Positions 51,386 through 64,000 of a DNA stretch of 64,000 bases are shown in pieces. Source of the stretch: Camelus dromedarius (lineage: Eukaryota); assembly GCF_036321535.1 (NCBI RefSeq), contig NC_087437.1, positions 77,626,001 through 77,690,000 of the forward strand. The letters are read 5' to 3'. The notes beneath the pieces were generated by a model, which was not told the origin of the DNA, did not search any database, and saw nothing but the letters and a program-made list of their open reading frames with translations. The translations under genes and the position numbers were made by a program. The stretch's first letter is position 1. Each line of letters opens with the position of its first letter.

Positions 51386-54300
51386 CATATATGGACTGAA
51401 GTATAGTGTCATCAGGTCTCATATAATTTAGTGCAAGTCTTCAAAAAAAAATTCTCCCAATTAGAAGGAATGTACTTAGGTGGATTCAAAGGAATCTGAG
51501 CTCTCTGGCCGCCCAGACCTACTAATCCTCCTCTCGTCCCTGCCTTATAAGGGATTTTACTTTGTTTGGAGGTCCTGTCAGTCCTCAAATGAGGGAGTTA
51601 CTTTGTAAGCAAAAACCTGCTCTCCTCATGACAAGCCCACAACAACAACTGTTGTCTCTTGACTTAGAGCAGTCATACCCCACATGTCCAGGGGCCGAAA
51701 GCAAAATCTGACATGGGGTAAGGTAGCTTTACAGCAAAAAATTTCACGATTTTGCTAATTTATTTGGCATCAATCTAAAGAATTTGTGCAAGAATGGATT
51801 CCCGAGGTCCTAAATAGGAAAAGCGCTTCAAATTTTTAGATTAGGTCAAATTTATCAACATGTGTACATTTCCCAGAGATTTGTAATGCAGCGTGCTAGC
51901 TCAAGTATCTGGGAGTGCTTCTGACTCAAGACTGGTGTGCGTGGAATGACATAAACATTAAGAAAATTCTTAGTATGTTATAGAGTGAAGAATATAAAGA
52001 TTTAGGAAGATTAGAATGATGGAGCAGATTTGTCATCTATAGCTTACTGATCCAAACTGAAATTATGTCTGTAGGAGAACCCAGCGAGCACACTCTTCCC
52101 CAAAGCACTGAGAAACGGGTAAGTGAGAGAAACACCAAGTTATTAGAAAGCAGTATAGAGGTTGCCCCTTACAGGCCAGCACTGATTTGGGAAATGGGAA
52201 ATGCTGCCATTTAAATGGTCTGACTTATTTCACTGAGTTGATGGATCCCAAAAAGAGAACTGTGGTGGTTAATTTTACGTGTCATTTTCCATAGGATGTA
52301 GTGCTCAGTTATTTAACTAAGCACTAATCCTGAATTCTTTGTGAAGGTATTTTGTAGATGAAGTTAGTATCTATAATCAGTTGACTTTAAATGAAAGAGA
52401 TTTTAACCCTGATAATCTGGGTGGGCCTCACCCAATCAGCTGAAAGCCTTAAGAGCAAAACTGGAGAAGACTGACATCACCAAGATGGTGATACAGGTTG
52501 TTCTTGACTCCACTCTCCCTCACAATAAGAACAACTAACAACTATTCAAGAACAAGACACCACTGAAAGAATCTTACAACACGGGGATAAGGCTGAAACA
52601 CCTCCCTGAGCCACAGAGTCCAAAACATCCCACATTAGAAGAGTAAGAGAAGTGGCTATATGTTGACTGCATTGCCCCTCCCCAAGTCAAGCTCAGCACC
52701 ATGCAGAGAGGACTCCCTGAGCCTCTGGTTCCTCCACTGGGAAAACAGGCTAGCCATTTCTAGCACAGTGGGTTATTTTGCAGGAGCCCCTACTCTGATC
52801 TCTCACCAAGGGGACTGCAGGGGAATCTATGGGGCCCAACCTCTAGGAATCTCACTGTGATAGAGAATGGGGAGGACACTTGCAACAACCAGCACATGGA
52901 CCTTGGCAGAGTTCATACTTGCAGTGTCCAAGTAGATCTCAACCAGAGGTTTTGCTCATCTATAAAATCAAGTTGGCAGCACACTCTGACCAGGGAACTC
53001 AGCAGGATGTGGATCTGCCTGATTTGGATTCTGAAATGAGGATTTTTGCTGGCCCAAGAGGCTGGTCTGCCCACCATCAAGGCAAGGAGCTAAATCACAG
53101 CTCCACCTGCTATGGAGAGCATCCCCTGGACACATCTGACTAGAAGGGCTAGCAGAAACATCTGGAAGCGGTGTAGCCTGGCAACCCTCGCATCAACACG
53201 GTGGTACCCCTCCTAGCTGGAGAACCTGTTTGGGAAATTGAGAGTTGCCTGGAGTGGACCCTCCCCTACACACCCAGGCAAGAGAGCTGAGCCAGCCCCA
53301 CTCGCTGTGGCTCCTGGCCCCGTCTGACCAGAAGGGCTGGCTAGAACACCTGAAACATGTGCACTCAGTGGTACCCATGTCAAGAGAAAGGAAGACAGAG
53401 CCAATAGTTTGCAGAGCAAAGCCAGTGGTCCTGTTTGGCCAGGGAGCTTGGGGCATGGATGAGCTTGAGTTAAGACAATACAAAGAGCTTTACCAGCTCC
53501 AGAGTTGCTTCTCCCATCACACCTATGCAGGGAAACTAATTCACACCCCACTCACTGCTGAATACAGCCTCCAGCCTGCATGACTGGGGAACTTAACCAG
53601 AGCACACCGGAAGTCATGCAGCCACCCAGTAATGCTGCTTACAGTAGCACCTGAACAGAGAGCAGAGCCCATGGCTTTCCCAATCTACAGAGCAAAACTG
53701 GTTCTCTCATCTGACGAGCAAAATCAGTGCACACTGTCACTGATTTGGGTCCTCAAACAATGAGACGTACAGGCCCTGGGTTCCATCGTACTGCCCTACC
53801 AGGGCAGGGAACACAGTACTCAGCCTCGGCCATCTAGTGAGCCTGAGCAGACAATCCAGGCAACCACGGGCCCATTCTACGGCCTCACTTGGGTTAGGGA
53901 ACCAAGCCAGCAGTCCTATCCAACGGTTCTCAGCCAGTGGCACATCCACCCCCACCTCTCCTCTCCCCACCAGTCCCCAACCTCAGAGTCTGAACAGTTG
54001 CCACACTCCAAAAATAGACCATAATAGCAGATCCCTCCTGCCAAAAAACATTACCAGCAGACATGCCCAGAAATCCAAACTGAGCTGACTGGTGAGAATC
54101 TGTCTCTGCCAAAGCAAACCTGTGAAGTCTGGAAGAGGAGCCCAATTACTGAAATGCGCTGATACCAACATAAGGAATCAAGGACCATGAAAAACAAGGT
54201 AAATATGACACCATCAAAGGAAACTAATAAAGGTCTAATAACTGACGGTGAATGAAACGGAGCTCTGTAAACTGTCAAAGAATTCTGAAGAAATGCTAAT

Positions 54301-56062
54301 GGGAGTTCTTTGGAAGTAAAAGGATGTTCATTATCATAATAAAAACAGGAAAAGGTAGCATAAAATTCACTGGTAAAAGTAAATATATAGTTAAAATTAG
54401 ATTCTGTAATGTGGTAATGGTGGAGCATAATTCACTTACAACTCTAGTTTAAAAGTTATGAAAATAAATGGAGTAGAAATAACTACACTACAATAATCTG
54501 TTATTACTTACACAATATAAAAGTATGAACATATAACAGCAATAATCTAAAATATGAGGGGAAGGAGAAGTAAAATTGTAAAGTTTAGAAATTCTATTGG
54601 AGTTTTGTCAGCATAAAGTAGGGTATTATGATTTTAAGATATTTTATGTAAGCTTCACAGTAACCACAAGGGAAAAACCTACAGCAATTATACAAGACAA
54701 CATGATAAAGAAGTCAAAGCACACTGGCTCTAAAATACATCAAAATACAGCAGGATAAGAAATAAGGAATAATGGCTCTATAAAACAACCAGAAAATGAT
54801 TCACAAAATGACAGCAATCCTAACCTAGAAATAATTACTTTAAACACAAATGGATTAAATTCTCCAATCAAAAGACATAGAATGGCTGAATGGATAAAAA
54901 AACAAGATCCAACGACATGCTGCCGGTAAGAGATTCATGTTAGCCTTAAAGACACAGACAGATTCAGAGTGAAGGAATGGAAAAAGTCATTTCAAACAAG
55001 TGGTGACCAAAAAAAGCAAGAATAGCTATACTTATATCAGACAAAACAGACTTCAAACTAAAAACAGTAAAAAGAGACAGAGGTCATTACATAATGGTAA
55101 AAGGTTCAATCCACCAAGAAGATAGAACAATGTAAATATTTAATTGAAGCACTTAAATATATAAAGCAAAAACTAACAGAGCTAAAAGGAGAAATAAATA
55201 CTAACAGTATTAGTTGGGGACTTTAACACCCACTCTCAGCAATGGATAGATCATCCAGATGGAGAATCATTTTGGAAACAGCAGGTTTGAATAACACTAT
55301 ACACCTAATGGGCCAGACAGACCAGATGTATACAGAACATTCTATCCAACAACAGAAAAAACATTCTTCTCAAGCACACATGGAACATTTTCTAGTCTAG
55401 ATTATGTTTTAGGATACAAAACAAGATATAGCAAATTCAAGAAATCATACCAAGTATCTTCTCTGACCACAATATCATGAAACAAAGTCAATGACAAGAG
55501 AAAAACTGGAAAAAAAAAATCACAAACATATGGAAATTAAACAACACTCTCCTGAACAACCAATGGCCAAATGAGAAATTAAAGGAGGAACTCAAAAGTT
55601 TGTTGAGACAAACAAAAATGGAAACACAGCATATCAGAACTTTTCGGATGCAGCAAAAGCAATTCTAAAGGGAACTTCACAGCAATAAACACTTATAGTA
55701 AGAAGCAAGAAAGATCCAAAGTAAACAACCTAATCTATACCTTAAGGAACAAGAAAAAAGAACAAACTGAGCCCAGAAAAAGAAAGTACTACAGATTAGA
55801 ACAGAAATAAATGAAATAAAAAACAGAAGAGAAATAGATAAGATTAATTAAGAGCTGGTTATTTGAAAAGGTAAACAAAATTGACAAACCCTTGGCTAGA
55901 TTAGCCAAGGAAGAAAAAGAACCCAAATCAATAAAAATTATGAATGAAAAATGAGACATTGCAACTGATTCCAAAGAAATGCAAAGAATCATAAGAAGCC
56001 ACTGTGGATAATTATACTACAAAAAACTGGAATACACAGGCAAAATGGACTGATTCTTAGAA

Positions 56063-56584
56063 TTTTTTTTTAATTTCAATGAGTCACTTTTATTGTATTT
56101 ATTATTCTCCTGTGTTTATCATGAGCAAGGTAGGGGCTGTCTTCTTTAAAGTGCTTTTCCTGAGTCAAAAGAACTCCAGGCCCTGAGTCCATGAGTAGGC
56201 AGCTGGCACATGTTACCCTTGAAACATCTCTGGGATAAAGAATGGGGTGGGCAGGTAGGGCCTCTCTCAAAGAGCTCCCTAGGCCAGCTCTCCCAGCCTC
56301 AGCTCCTCTGAAAAAAGAAAAAAAAAGAAGAAAAAAAAAAAAAAAAAAAACACCAAACCCCCTCCAAATGCAAAGCACCTCTCCCCAGGTTCATGAGGCT
56401 GGGTTGACATGCCTACTCTGCCACAAGCTACCTCCTCTACCTATGTAGGAACTCTTCCCTCCTTCCTACCCTCTTTCCTCAGGTTTCCATATGTTCTCCT
56501 TGAGGGCACTTTGGCCCCAACCTGCCTGACTTCCTGTGCTGCCCTGGAAGATGCTTTCATGTTCATGGCTCTTGCAGTTGTATG
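56063..56584 (-). pseudogene. Retrocopied 3' end of an unidentified mRNA inserted antisense into L1 ORF2
   Basis: Non-L1 sequence interrupting ttcttagaa/...aagactgaat; minus strand ends AATAAAtacAATAAAagtgactcattgaaatt plus A9 (TTTATT at 56089-56094 and 56098-56103; T run 56063-56071). Confidence 0.7.
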
Positions 56585-59200
56585 TAGAAGCATAAAACTG
56601 AGCAAGACTGAATGAATGCAAACTAGAAAATCTGAATATACCAATTACTAGTAAGGAGATTGAATCAGTAATCAAAAGTCTCCTAACAAAGAAAAACCCA
56701 AGACCAGACGGCTTCACTGGCGAATTTTACAAAACATTTAAAGAAGAATTAACACAAGTCCTTCTCAAACTCTTTCAAAAAAATCTAAGAGGAGAGAATG
56801 CTCCCAAACTCATTTCACAAGGCCAGCATTATCCTGATACCAAAACCAAAAAGAACACTACTAAAAAACTACAGGCCAATATCCCTGATAAATATAGATG
56901 CAAAAATCCTCAACAAAATACTAGAAAAATAAATTCAGCAGCACATTAAAAGGATGATTTACCATGATCAAGTGGGATTTATTCCTGGAATGTAAAGATG
57001 GTTCAATATATGCAAAATCAACATGATAAATCACATTAGTAGAATAAAATATTCATATGATCAACTTAGTAGATGCAGAAAAAGCATTTTACAAAATTCA
57101 GCATTCGTTCATGATAAAAGCTCTTAAATTTGGCACAGAAAGAAAATATCTCAAATAATAAAGGCCATATATGACAGGCCAGCAGCTAACATCATACTCA
57201 ATGGTGAAACATTGAAAGCTTTTCCTCTAAGATCAGGAACAAGATGGGGTACCCACTCTCACCACTAGCATTCATCATAGTACTGGAAGTCCTACTTGGA
57301 GCAATTAGGCAAAAAAAGAAACAAAAGGTACTAGAATTGGAAAGAGTGGTAAAATTGTCTCTATTTGCCAATGGCATGATTTATATATAGAAAATCCTAA
57401 AGACTCAACCAAAGAACTGTCAGATCTAATCAATGAATTCACTAAGTTGCAGGATAAAATCAACATGCAAATATCAGTAGCATTTCTATGCACTAACAAA
57501 TTTTCTGAAAAAGAAAGAAACTGATCCAATTTACAATAGCATCAAAAATAATAAAATACTTAGGAATAAATTTAACCACATTAGTGGAAGACCTCTACCC
57601 TGAAAACTACAAGACTGATGAGAGAAATTGAAGGTGATACAAATAAGTGCAAATGTACCCCCATTCATGGATTGAAAGAATTAACATTGTTAAAATGGCA
57701 ATACTACCACAAGTTATCTGTAGACTCAATGCAATCTCTATCAAGATTCCAATGGCATTTTTTTAAAGAAATAGAAAAAAAATCCTAAAATTTATATGGA
57801 ACCATGAAAGACCTTGAATAACCAAAGAAATCCTGAAAGAACAAAGGGGGAGTCATCACACTTTCTGATTTCAAGCTATACTATAAAGCTACAATCATCC
57901 AAACAGTATGGTACTGACATAAAAACAGACACAAAGATCAATGAAACAGATTTGAGAGCAAATAAATAAACCAAACATACAGGTCAACTAATATTTGACC
58001 AGGCAGCCAAGAATACCTAATGGAGAAAAGACAATCTCTTCAGTAAATAGTCCTGGGATAATTGGAGATTCACATGTAAAAGGATGAAACGGGACCACTA
58101 TCTTACATCACTCACAACAATTAACCTGAAATGGATCAAAGATTTAAACCTAAGACCCAAAAACCATAAAACTCCTAGAAGAAAACACAGGAGTAAAGCT
58201 CCTTGATATGGGTCTTGGTAATGATTTTTTTGGATATGACACCTAAAGCACAAATAAAAAATTAAATACAAACAAGTGGGGACTACATCAAACTAAAAAG
58301 ATTCTGTACAGCAAAATAAACCATCAGCAAAGTGAAAAGACAACCTACGGAATGAGAAAAAATATTTGCAAGCCATATATCTGATAACAGGTTAATATCC
58401 AAAACATATGAAGAACTCACAATGCAATAGCAAAAAACCCAACTTAAAAATGGACAAAGAACCTGAATAGATATTTTTCTAAAGAAAATATACAAAAGGT
58501 CAACAGGTACAAAAAAAGATGCTCAACATCACTAGTTTTTAGTTAAATACAAATTAAAACCACAATGAGCTATCATCTCACACCTGTTTGAATGGCTATC
58601 ATCAAAAAGTTAATAAGAAATAAGAAATGCTGGAGTGAATGTGGAGAAAAGGGAACCCTTGTGCACCACTGATGAGAATATAAGTTGGTACAGCCACTAT
58701 GGAAAACAGTACAAAGTATTCACAAAAAGGTTTAAATATAACTACCATATAATTTAGCAATTCTACTTCTGGGTATATATCCAAAGGAAACAAAAACACT
58801 AACTTGAAAATACATCTGCACCCCCATGTTCATTACAGCACTGTATTTATAATAACCAAGACATGAAAACAACCTAAGTTGACATTGATGTAAGAATAGA
58901 TAAAGAAGTAGCATATATACACAATGGAATATTATTCAGCCATAAAAATGAGGAAATTCTAGTATTTGTGACAACATGGATAGACTTTGTAGGTATTATG
59001 CAAAGTGAAATAAGTCAGACAGAGAAAGAAGATAAACAGTGTATCATCTCACTTATATGTAGAATTTAAAAAAAAAAAACTTACAGAAAAAGAGGTCAGA
59101 ATTGGGTTACCAGAGGCAGAGGGCAGGAGGAGGGGAACTGGAGGAAGAAGGTCAAAAGGTACAAACTTCCAGTTATAAGATAAATAAGTACTAGGAATTT

Positions 59201-59475
59201 ATTTTTAATTGAAGTATAGTCAGTTACAATGTGTCAATTTCTGGTGCACAGCATAATGTCCCAGTCATGCATATATATGCATATACTTGTTTTCATATTC
59301 CTTTTCATTAATAGTTACTGTAACAGAATATAGTTTCCTGTATTATATAGAAGAAATTTGTTTTCATCTATTTTTATATATAGTGATTAACATTTGCAAA
59401 TCTCAAACTTCTAAATTTATCCCTTCCCACCCCCTTTCCTCCAGTAACCGTAAGATTGTTTACTATGTCTGCAAG
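59201..59475 (-). mobile_element. Younger 5'-truncated L1 3' end inserted antisense in the host L1 3' UTR
   Basis: Perfect 15-bp TSD AAGTACTAGGAATTT at 59186-59200 and 59476-59490 followed by AA; body homologous to 13780-14030. Confidence 0.93.
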
Positions 59476-60648
59476 AAGTACTAGGAATTTAATGGACCAC
59501 AGATGACTATAGTTAACACTGCTATATGACACATAGGAAGGTGTTAAAGAGTTATCATAACAGTTCTCATCACAGGAGAATTTTTTTTTCTTCTTTCGTT
59601 TTATCTGTATGAGATAATGGGCATTAGCTGAATCTATTGTGGTAATCATTTCAAAATGTATTTATATCAAACCATGATGCTGCACACCTTAAACTTATAC
59701 AGTGGTGTGGGTCAATTATTTCTTAATAAAACTGGGGGGAAAAGAACAAAACTGAGGTGTCCCCAAGTTAGAAGAAATTCCATCTATGGACTGCAGTTAG
59801 CTCCCACTTGAGAACTGTCAGCCTGCCGGCCTGCCCTGCAGAGGTCAGACTTTTCAGTCCCCACAATCATGGAAGCCAGTTCCTTGAAATCTCTCTTCCA
59901 CTGGTTCAGGCAGGAAAGGACTGAGGGCACCAGAATCAGTAAGCATGGCTGCTGTAACAGAAACCAAGTCCAGATAATGGATCAATATGTTTTGAGAACT
60001 ACGAATCACTGGCAGTGGCTTAAAATATTTGGGTAAAGTATGGTTGCCAAACAGATTTCTGTATGAACAACAAAAAAACTATCAAACTCTAGGTCTGACC
60101 TGTGTACCCCTAACTTGAATCACTATAATGAAGTGTCACTGCCTCTCACCTCTCACTTCTCAGACCTGATTTATCTAGACAGGCCTAGGACCTTTGAATC
60201 TAGCAATAATGTGCCATACGTATATAATATGAAGTTTCTCTACGGCCTCCCCTAAGGTCCTGCATCTCTACTCAAGTAACAATCAACTAGGAAAGGCCAC
60301 CGGTTCTAGGAGACTGAAGCCCCCAGGAGACAAGATAAGCCGAGGGCATGGCATCAGGAGATAAACGGGTTTTAGCCTAAGTACACAGCAGAATAGGCCT
60401 GGGGAGTTTACAAACACACTCTGAGGTAATTTTCCTCCTTTCTGAATGCATTGCTGGTATATGCAGACACTGCAACTAGCAGATCCCAACACTGGCGCCC
60501 TGACCAATGGAGTGCAGGCTATTAAAATAGAAAGGGTGTGTTTGAAGCCCCTAAAGTAATCCTTACCCATTAAAACACAATACTGAATCTTTGGGGTAAT
60601 TTCAGAAATGAGTACCAACATCAAAGTCTTGGAAAGAGATAGGGGTGG

Positions 60649-61158
60649 TGTTATGGGTTAAATTTTGTTCCCCCCTAAAAGTTACCTTGCCATCCTAGCC
60701 CCTAGTATCTCAGAATGTGATCTGATTTGAAAACAGGGTGGTTGCAGATGCAATTAGTTAAATTAAGATGAGATCAGACTGGTGCTGGGTGGGTCCTTAA
60801 TCCATTATGACTCGTGTCTTTACGAGAAGAGGAGACAGGCAGAGAAGAGAGTGCCACGTTAATTATGACACAGACACTCACAGAGGGACGATTCCATGTG
60901 GTGATGGAGGCAGAGACCGAGGTACTGCAGCTGCAAGCTAAGGAATGCCAAGGATTGATGAACACCATCAGAAGCCAGGAAGAGACAAAAAAAAAAAAAA
61001 AAAAACAAGATTCTCCTTTGCAGATTTCTGAGGAAGCATGACCCTCAGAAACAGCTTGATTTTGGACTCCTAGCCTCCAAGACCATGACACATTTTTGTT
61101 GTTTTTTTGTTGCCCGGTTTATGGTACCTTGTTACAGCAGCCCCAGGAAACTGACACA
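60649..61158 (+). mobile_element. MaLR solo LTR (MLT1B/C-like) inserted in ERV-L pol
   Basis: tgttatgggttaaattttgttccccc...ctcagaatgtgatctgatttgaaaacagggt...gctaaggaatgccaaggattg...ttgttacagcagccccaggaaactgacaca. Confidence 0.9.
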
Positions 61159-63186
61159 GATGTTATCCCTTTCAAACATCTTCATTTAACTTCTGCTTCA
61201 TCGTTGAAAAAGTTAGATGGGTCTTGGAGAATGACACTGAAGTATCTTAACAGATCAGGCAGTAATCTCAATTGGAGTTGACTAATCATTTATGCTTTGA
61301 CTGCAGAAAATCAAGAAAGACTCTAGTAATTGGTATGAAGCTATTGAGAAGGCAGATGATTTTTTTTTTTTTTGGATAGTAATAAACCAAGTCTATCAGA
61401 ATCAATTTCCTTTCACCTGGCAGAGCCAACAGTATTTTTTACAATCTTAATTCAACTTTTGTTAGCTTTCTGGTTCCCTATCCTATCTGGGTCCACAGGG
61501 ATTTTCATCATTTCACATTTCCATAGAACACTGCCTGTCTGCCACATTGAAGACATCATGTCTGTTGGACCTAAGGAGCATAAGACACACAATATCGTGG
61601 GGAGAAAAATGCATGCAAGATACTGGGCAATAAACCCCAAGAGATTGCAAGGATATGCCAGTTCAGGGAAATTTCTGGATGTCCGTTTTTCAGGCATATT
61701 ATAGCCTTCAAAGCAATGACAATTGCTGCACGTTGTCCTGCCAGCCACAGAGAAAAAGTTAAACAGTTAGCAGGCCTTTTGATTTTCGGATGCAACATAA
61801 ATCATGTTTGGATGCGCGGCTATGACGATGTACCAAGTAACCTGTACCACTTCAAATAAAACCTAGAGAAGGCACCCCAGCTGTCCCAGGCTGTATTATA
61901 AGAGATCTAGCCCCTGAGCCTTAGCACCCAGCTATCTAATGCTGCATAAATTTCCTCTGGGCCACTAGAATGCTAAGTGGAGCTGGCCACAAACCTCCAT
62001 CTTCATGTCTCAGAGTTTTGAGCAATAAAAAGCTCTCTGCAGCAACTACTCTCCATTTAAGACATAGCTCTGGGTTGTTGTGGGTCCTAGTCGAGGCTGA
62101 AGAAGTCAGTCACCAAGAACAAGTAACCAGGAACTTGAACTGCCCATCTTACACTGAGCATCACCTCTCCCCTAAGCCGCTTCTGGTCAGGGGCAGCAGC
62201 AGTCTGGGATCCAGCGGAAAGGATATGTATTAGGCTGGGCTTGAGCAGCTCCTAATGCACAGGAAATCTGCATAAGCAGGTGATTGATACAGCACGCTTA
62301 AACCTGATGCACTGATTCCTCTCTCTCAACTCACATTTTTGGTTTCATGAGAAAGGTCTGTATGACAGGTTGACTGAAAAATAAAATGGCACTTGCTTAA
62401 CTGATGCTCTCCTGGAAGATCTGCCCCTTTATTGTGATCTCTCCTGGCAGGGCTGTCTGGGCATGGAATTGTTCATATTTTAAATACAGCAGAATCCCTT
62501 CTGAGAGCTCTAATTTGAGCCCTAAGACACACATATAAACTGACCAGTAATTAATTTCTGCTTTAAAGCTAACATTTTGACTTTGTTCATCTCTATAATC
62601 GAAGATGGGGTGGCTGAAGTCGGGTGCTTAAGTCTGACAAATTCACAGACAACTCACAAGGCTGAAAGATGCACAGACGCATGGGAGAAAGCCAAGCTTG
62701 GAATCAAAATTTAAAATCAAAATCATCAATAGAAAATAGGGAGGCAGAAGTCCGGTTCAATGTCACAGATGTTCTAACACGTAAGGTCAGTGTGACAGAT
62801 GTGCAGCTGTCTCGATGGTACGTTAAACAGAGCCTCATGACGAGTAAAGCAGAGGTGACTGGGGCAGGAAGTATGGAAAGAATCTATCAGGGAGATTTTT
62901 CAGAAGAAACCAGGCAGACAAGTATTTGAAATCTGGTGTTAGCTTGGATGTTATTGACTATGTTTTATCCAGTACAGAGAATACACACCAAAGCTTTCCA
63001 ACTTTCACAAAAGAACTGAACTTTTACCCATCTTCTTAAGAAAACTAAGAATTCTTACGTAGAATCTCAGACTTAAAATATATCAAAGCAAAGACGCTCT
63101 GACTGAATAGGGGAGCTATGGGAAGCTGAGTGCACTCCTGTCTTGACCACCTCCTTACCCTTAAGCTGCCACTGGTTGAAAAACCA

Positions 63187-63244
63187 TTATCTAAGTTTTT
63201 TCTGAGAACAAAGTGTTTATCTAAGTTTTTTCTCAGAACAAAGT
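63187..63244. repeat. 30-bp tandem duplication
   Basis: ttatctaagttttttctgagaacaaagtgt followed by ttatctaagttttttctcagaacaaagt (1 mismatch in 28). Confidence 0.92.
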
Positions 63245-64000
63245 CACGGTTGCATTTTAAAAAGCAGTATTGAATTACAATGGAAGACAACCTAAGTTTT
63301 CCCCCCAAAATGTATTTGAAAATTATAAAAGTGGTAGGTATAAATTTTTTCCTACATCTTTGACAACTTTTACAGTTCTAAGTCTCTTATTTGTTGGCAG
63401 TTTCAAAAAAGTCTCAGAGTGATTCTGGAAGCACAGAGTAATGTGAATGCTTGAAATAGAGATAAAATGTCTGTTTACCAACTGTGTCTGGGCCCCAGGG
63501 GACTTAATAGTCTTATCCTACACTTACCTTGAAGCAGGAATTAACATTTCAGTAAACCCATAATGGTTTTTAAGGCTTTGTGAAATTAAATTTGCTTTGG
63601 AGACTCAATAAAGATTTCATCGGAAAAAGGAGGAGAGAGTGGCATGCCACACAGAAATACTCAATATAATTTCCCATTAGACATTGAGTTCCACCTCCTC
63701 CAAAGTTCTAATTCACCTATAGGCACACCATTCCCCTCCCACCCTTCCATTACCCAACTTTTCCAGCTCTCTTGGCTTCGGTTTTCCCACCACTCTTAAC
63801 CTCAAATCTTGCTATGATCCTTGCTTTTCTTCTTCCCCTAGGTGCAGAGCAAATTAACATTCGTCCCCAGCCTCACTGTTTGCTCAGCAAAGAATACAAT
63901 CTTCCCAAACTCCTCTGAGAAGTCAGTAAATAGCTGATTATTTTTCTGCCTTTTTTTTTCTATCATATTTTTAACTTATTTAGCTTCACATGATTGGTGG

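Larger units (their letters stand above)
52464..59741 (+). mobile_element. L1 with both ends and TSD; inactive, most of ORF1 deleted
   Basis: 5' gacatcacCAAGATGGtg; EN start aattactttaaacacaaatggattaaattctccaatcaaaagacatag (~54832); RT region; 3' aataaaactgggggga; TSD AAGA(G/A)CAAAACTG at 52451-52463 and 59742-59754 after TT|AAGA. Confidence 0.95.
52261..59910 (+). mobile_element. MLT2-family LTR split by an L1 (halves 52261-52463 and 59755-~59910)
   Basis: tgtggtggttaattttacgtgtca...tctgggtgggcctcacccaatcagctgaaagccttaagagcaaaactg resumes aggtgtcccc...cagcctgccggcctgccctgcaga...cccacaatcatggaagccagttccttgaaat. Confidence 0.88.
50486..62350 (+). mobile_element. Fossil ERV-L internal region (gag/pro/pol remnants), interrupted by younger elements
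   Basis: ORF 61096 has KKLDGSWRMT; ORF 61372 has TLPVCHIEDIMSVGP (decayed YIDD motif) and MHARYWAINPKRLQG...KFLDV, all ERV-L RT motifs; gag-like remnants at 50540-52260. Confidence 0.8.

Noticed and set aside
49985..52464. Head-to-head L1 5' ends as a bidirectional promoter unit
   Set aside because: They are independent insertions of different subfamilies with CpG-depleted promoters; no evidence of joint function.
52464..59741. Potentially active full-length L1
   Set aside because: ORF1 is largely deleted (~54288), ORF2 has many stops and frameshifts, and there are two nested insertions.
61096..61704. RT-like ORFs as a domesticated retroviral gene
   Set aside because: The catalytic YIDD is decayed to HIED, frames are broken, and an MLT1 LTR interrupts pol.
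20200..64000. Exons of a neighbouring gene (ALCAM lies tail-to-tail with CBLB in human)
   Set aside because: No ORF or exon resembling ALCAM or any other cellular protein was recognised in this interval.

Overview
Mammalian genomic DNA, most likely camelid (camel/alpaca/llama), inferred from Vic-1-like tRNA-derived SINEs and artiodactyl-type L1 and Tigger elements. The first ~20 kb hold the 3' end of CBLB (E3 ubiquitin ligase Cbl-b) on the + strand: three coding exons (528-668, 7636-7755, 15904-16163, the last encoding the UBA domain) and a long AU-rich 3' UTR. The rest is gene-free, repeat-rich DNA: MIR, L2, MER5A, MLT1, several decayed L1s, and a nest at ~50-62 kb (ERV-L provirus > MLT2 LTR > full-length L1 > retrocopied mRNA 3' end and a younger L1 tail). 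Nearly all ORFs in the supplied track are spurious or repeat-derived. I see no convincing new protein-coding system. The best leads are two independent TSD-flanked bipartite mini-L1s made only of an L1 5' end fused to an L1 3' end (1505-1856, 29508-30092), a SINE/L1-tail chimera within one TSD pair (23241-23429), and a candidate in-frame 15-nt CBLB microexon (7028-7042). Repeat family names are from recalled consensus sequences, not a database search, and boundaries of old repeats are approximate.
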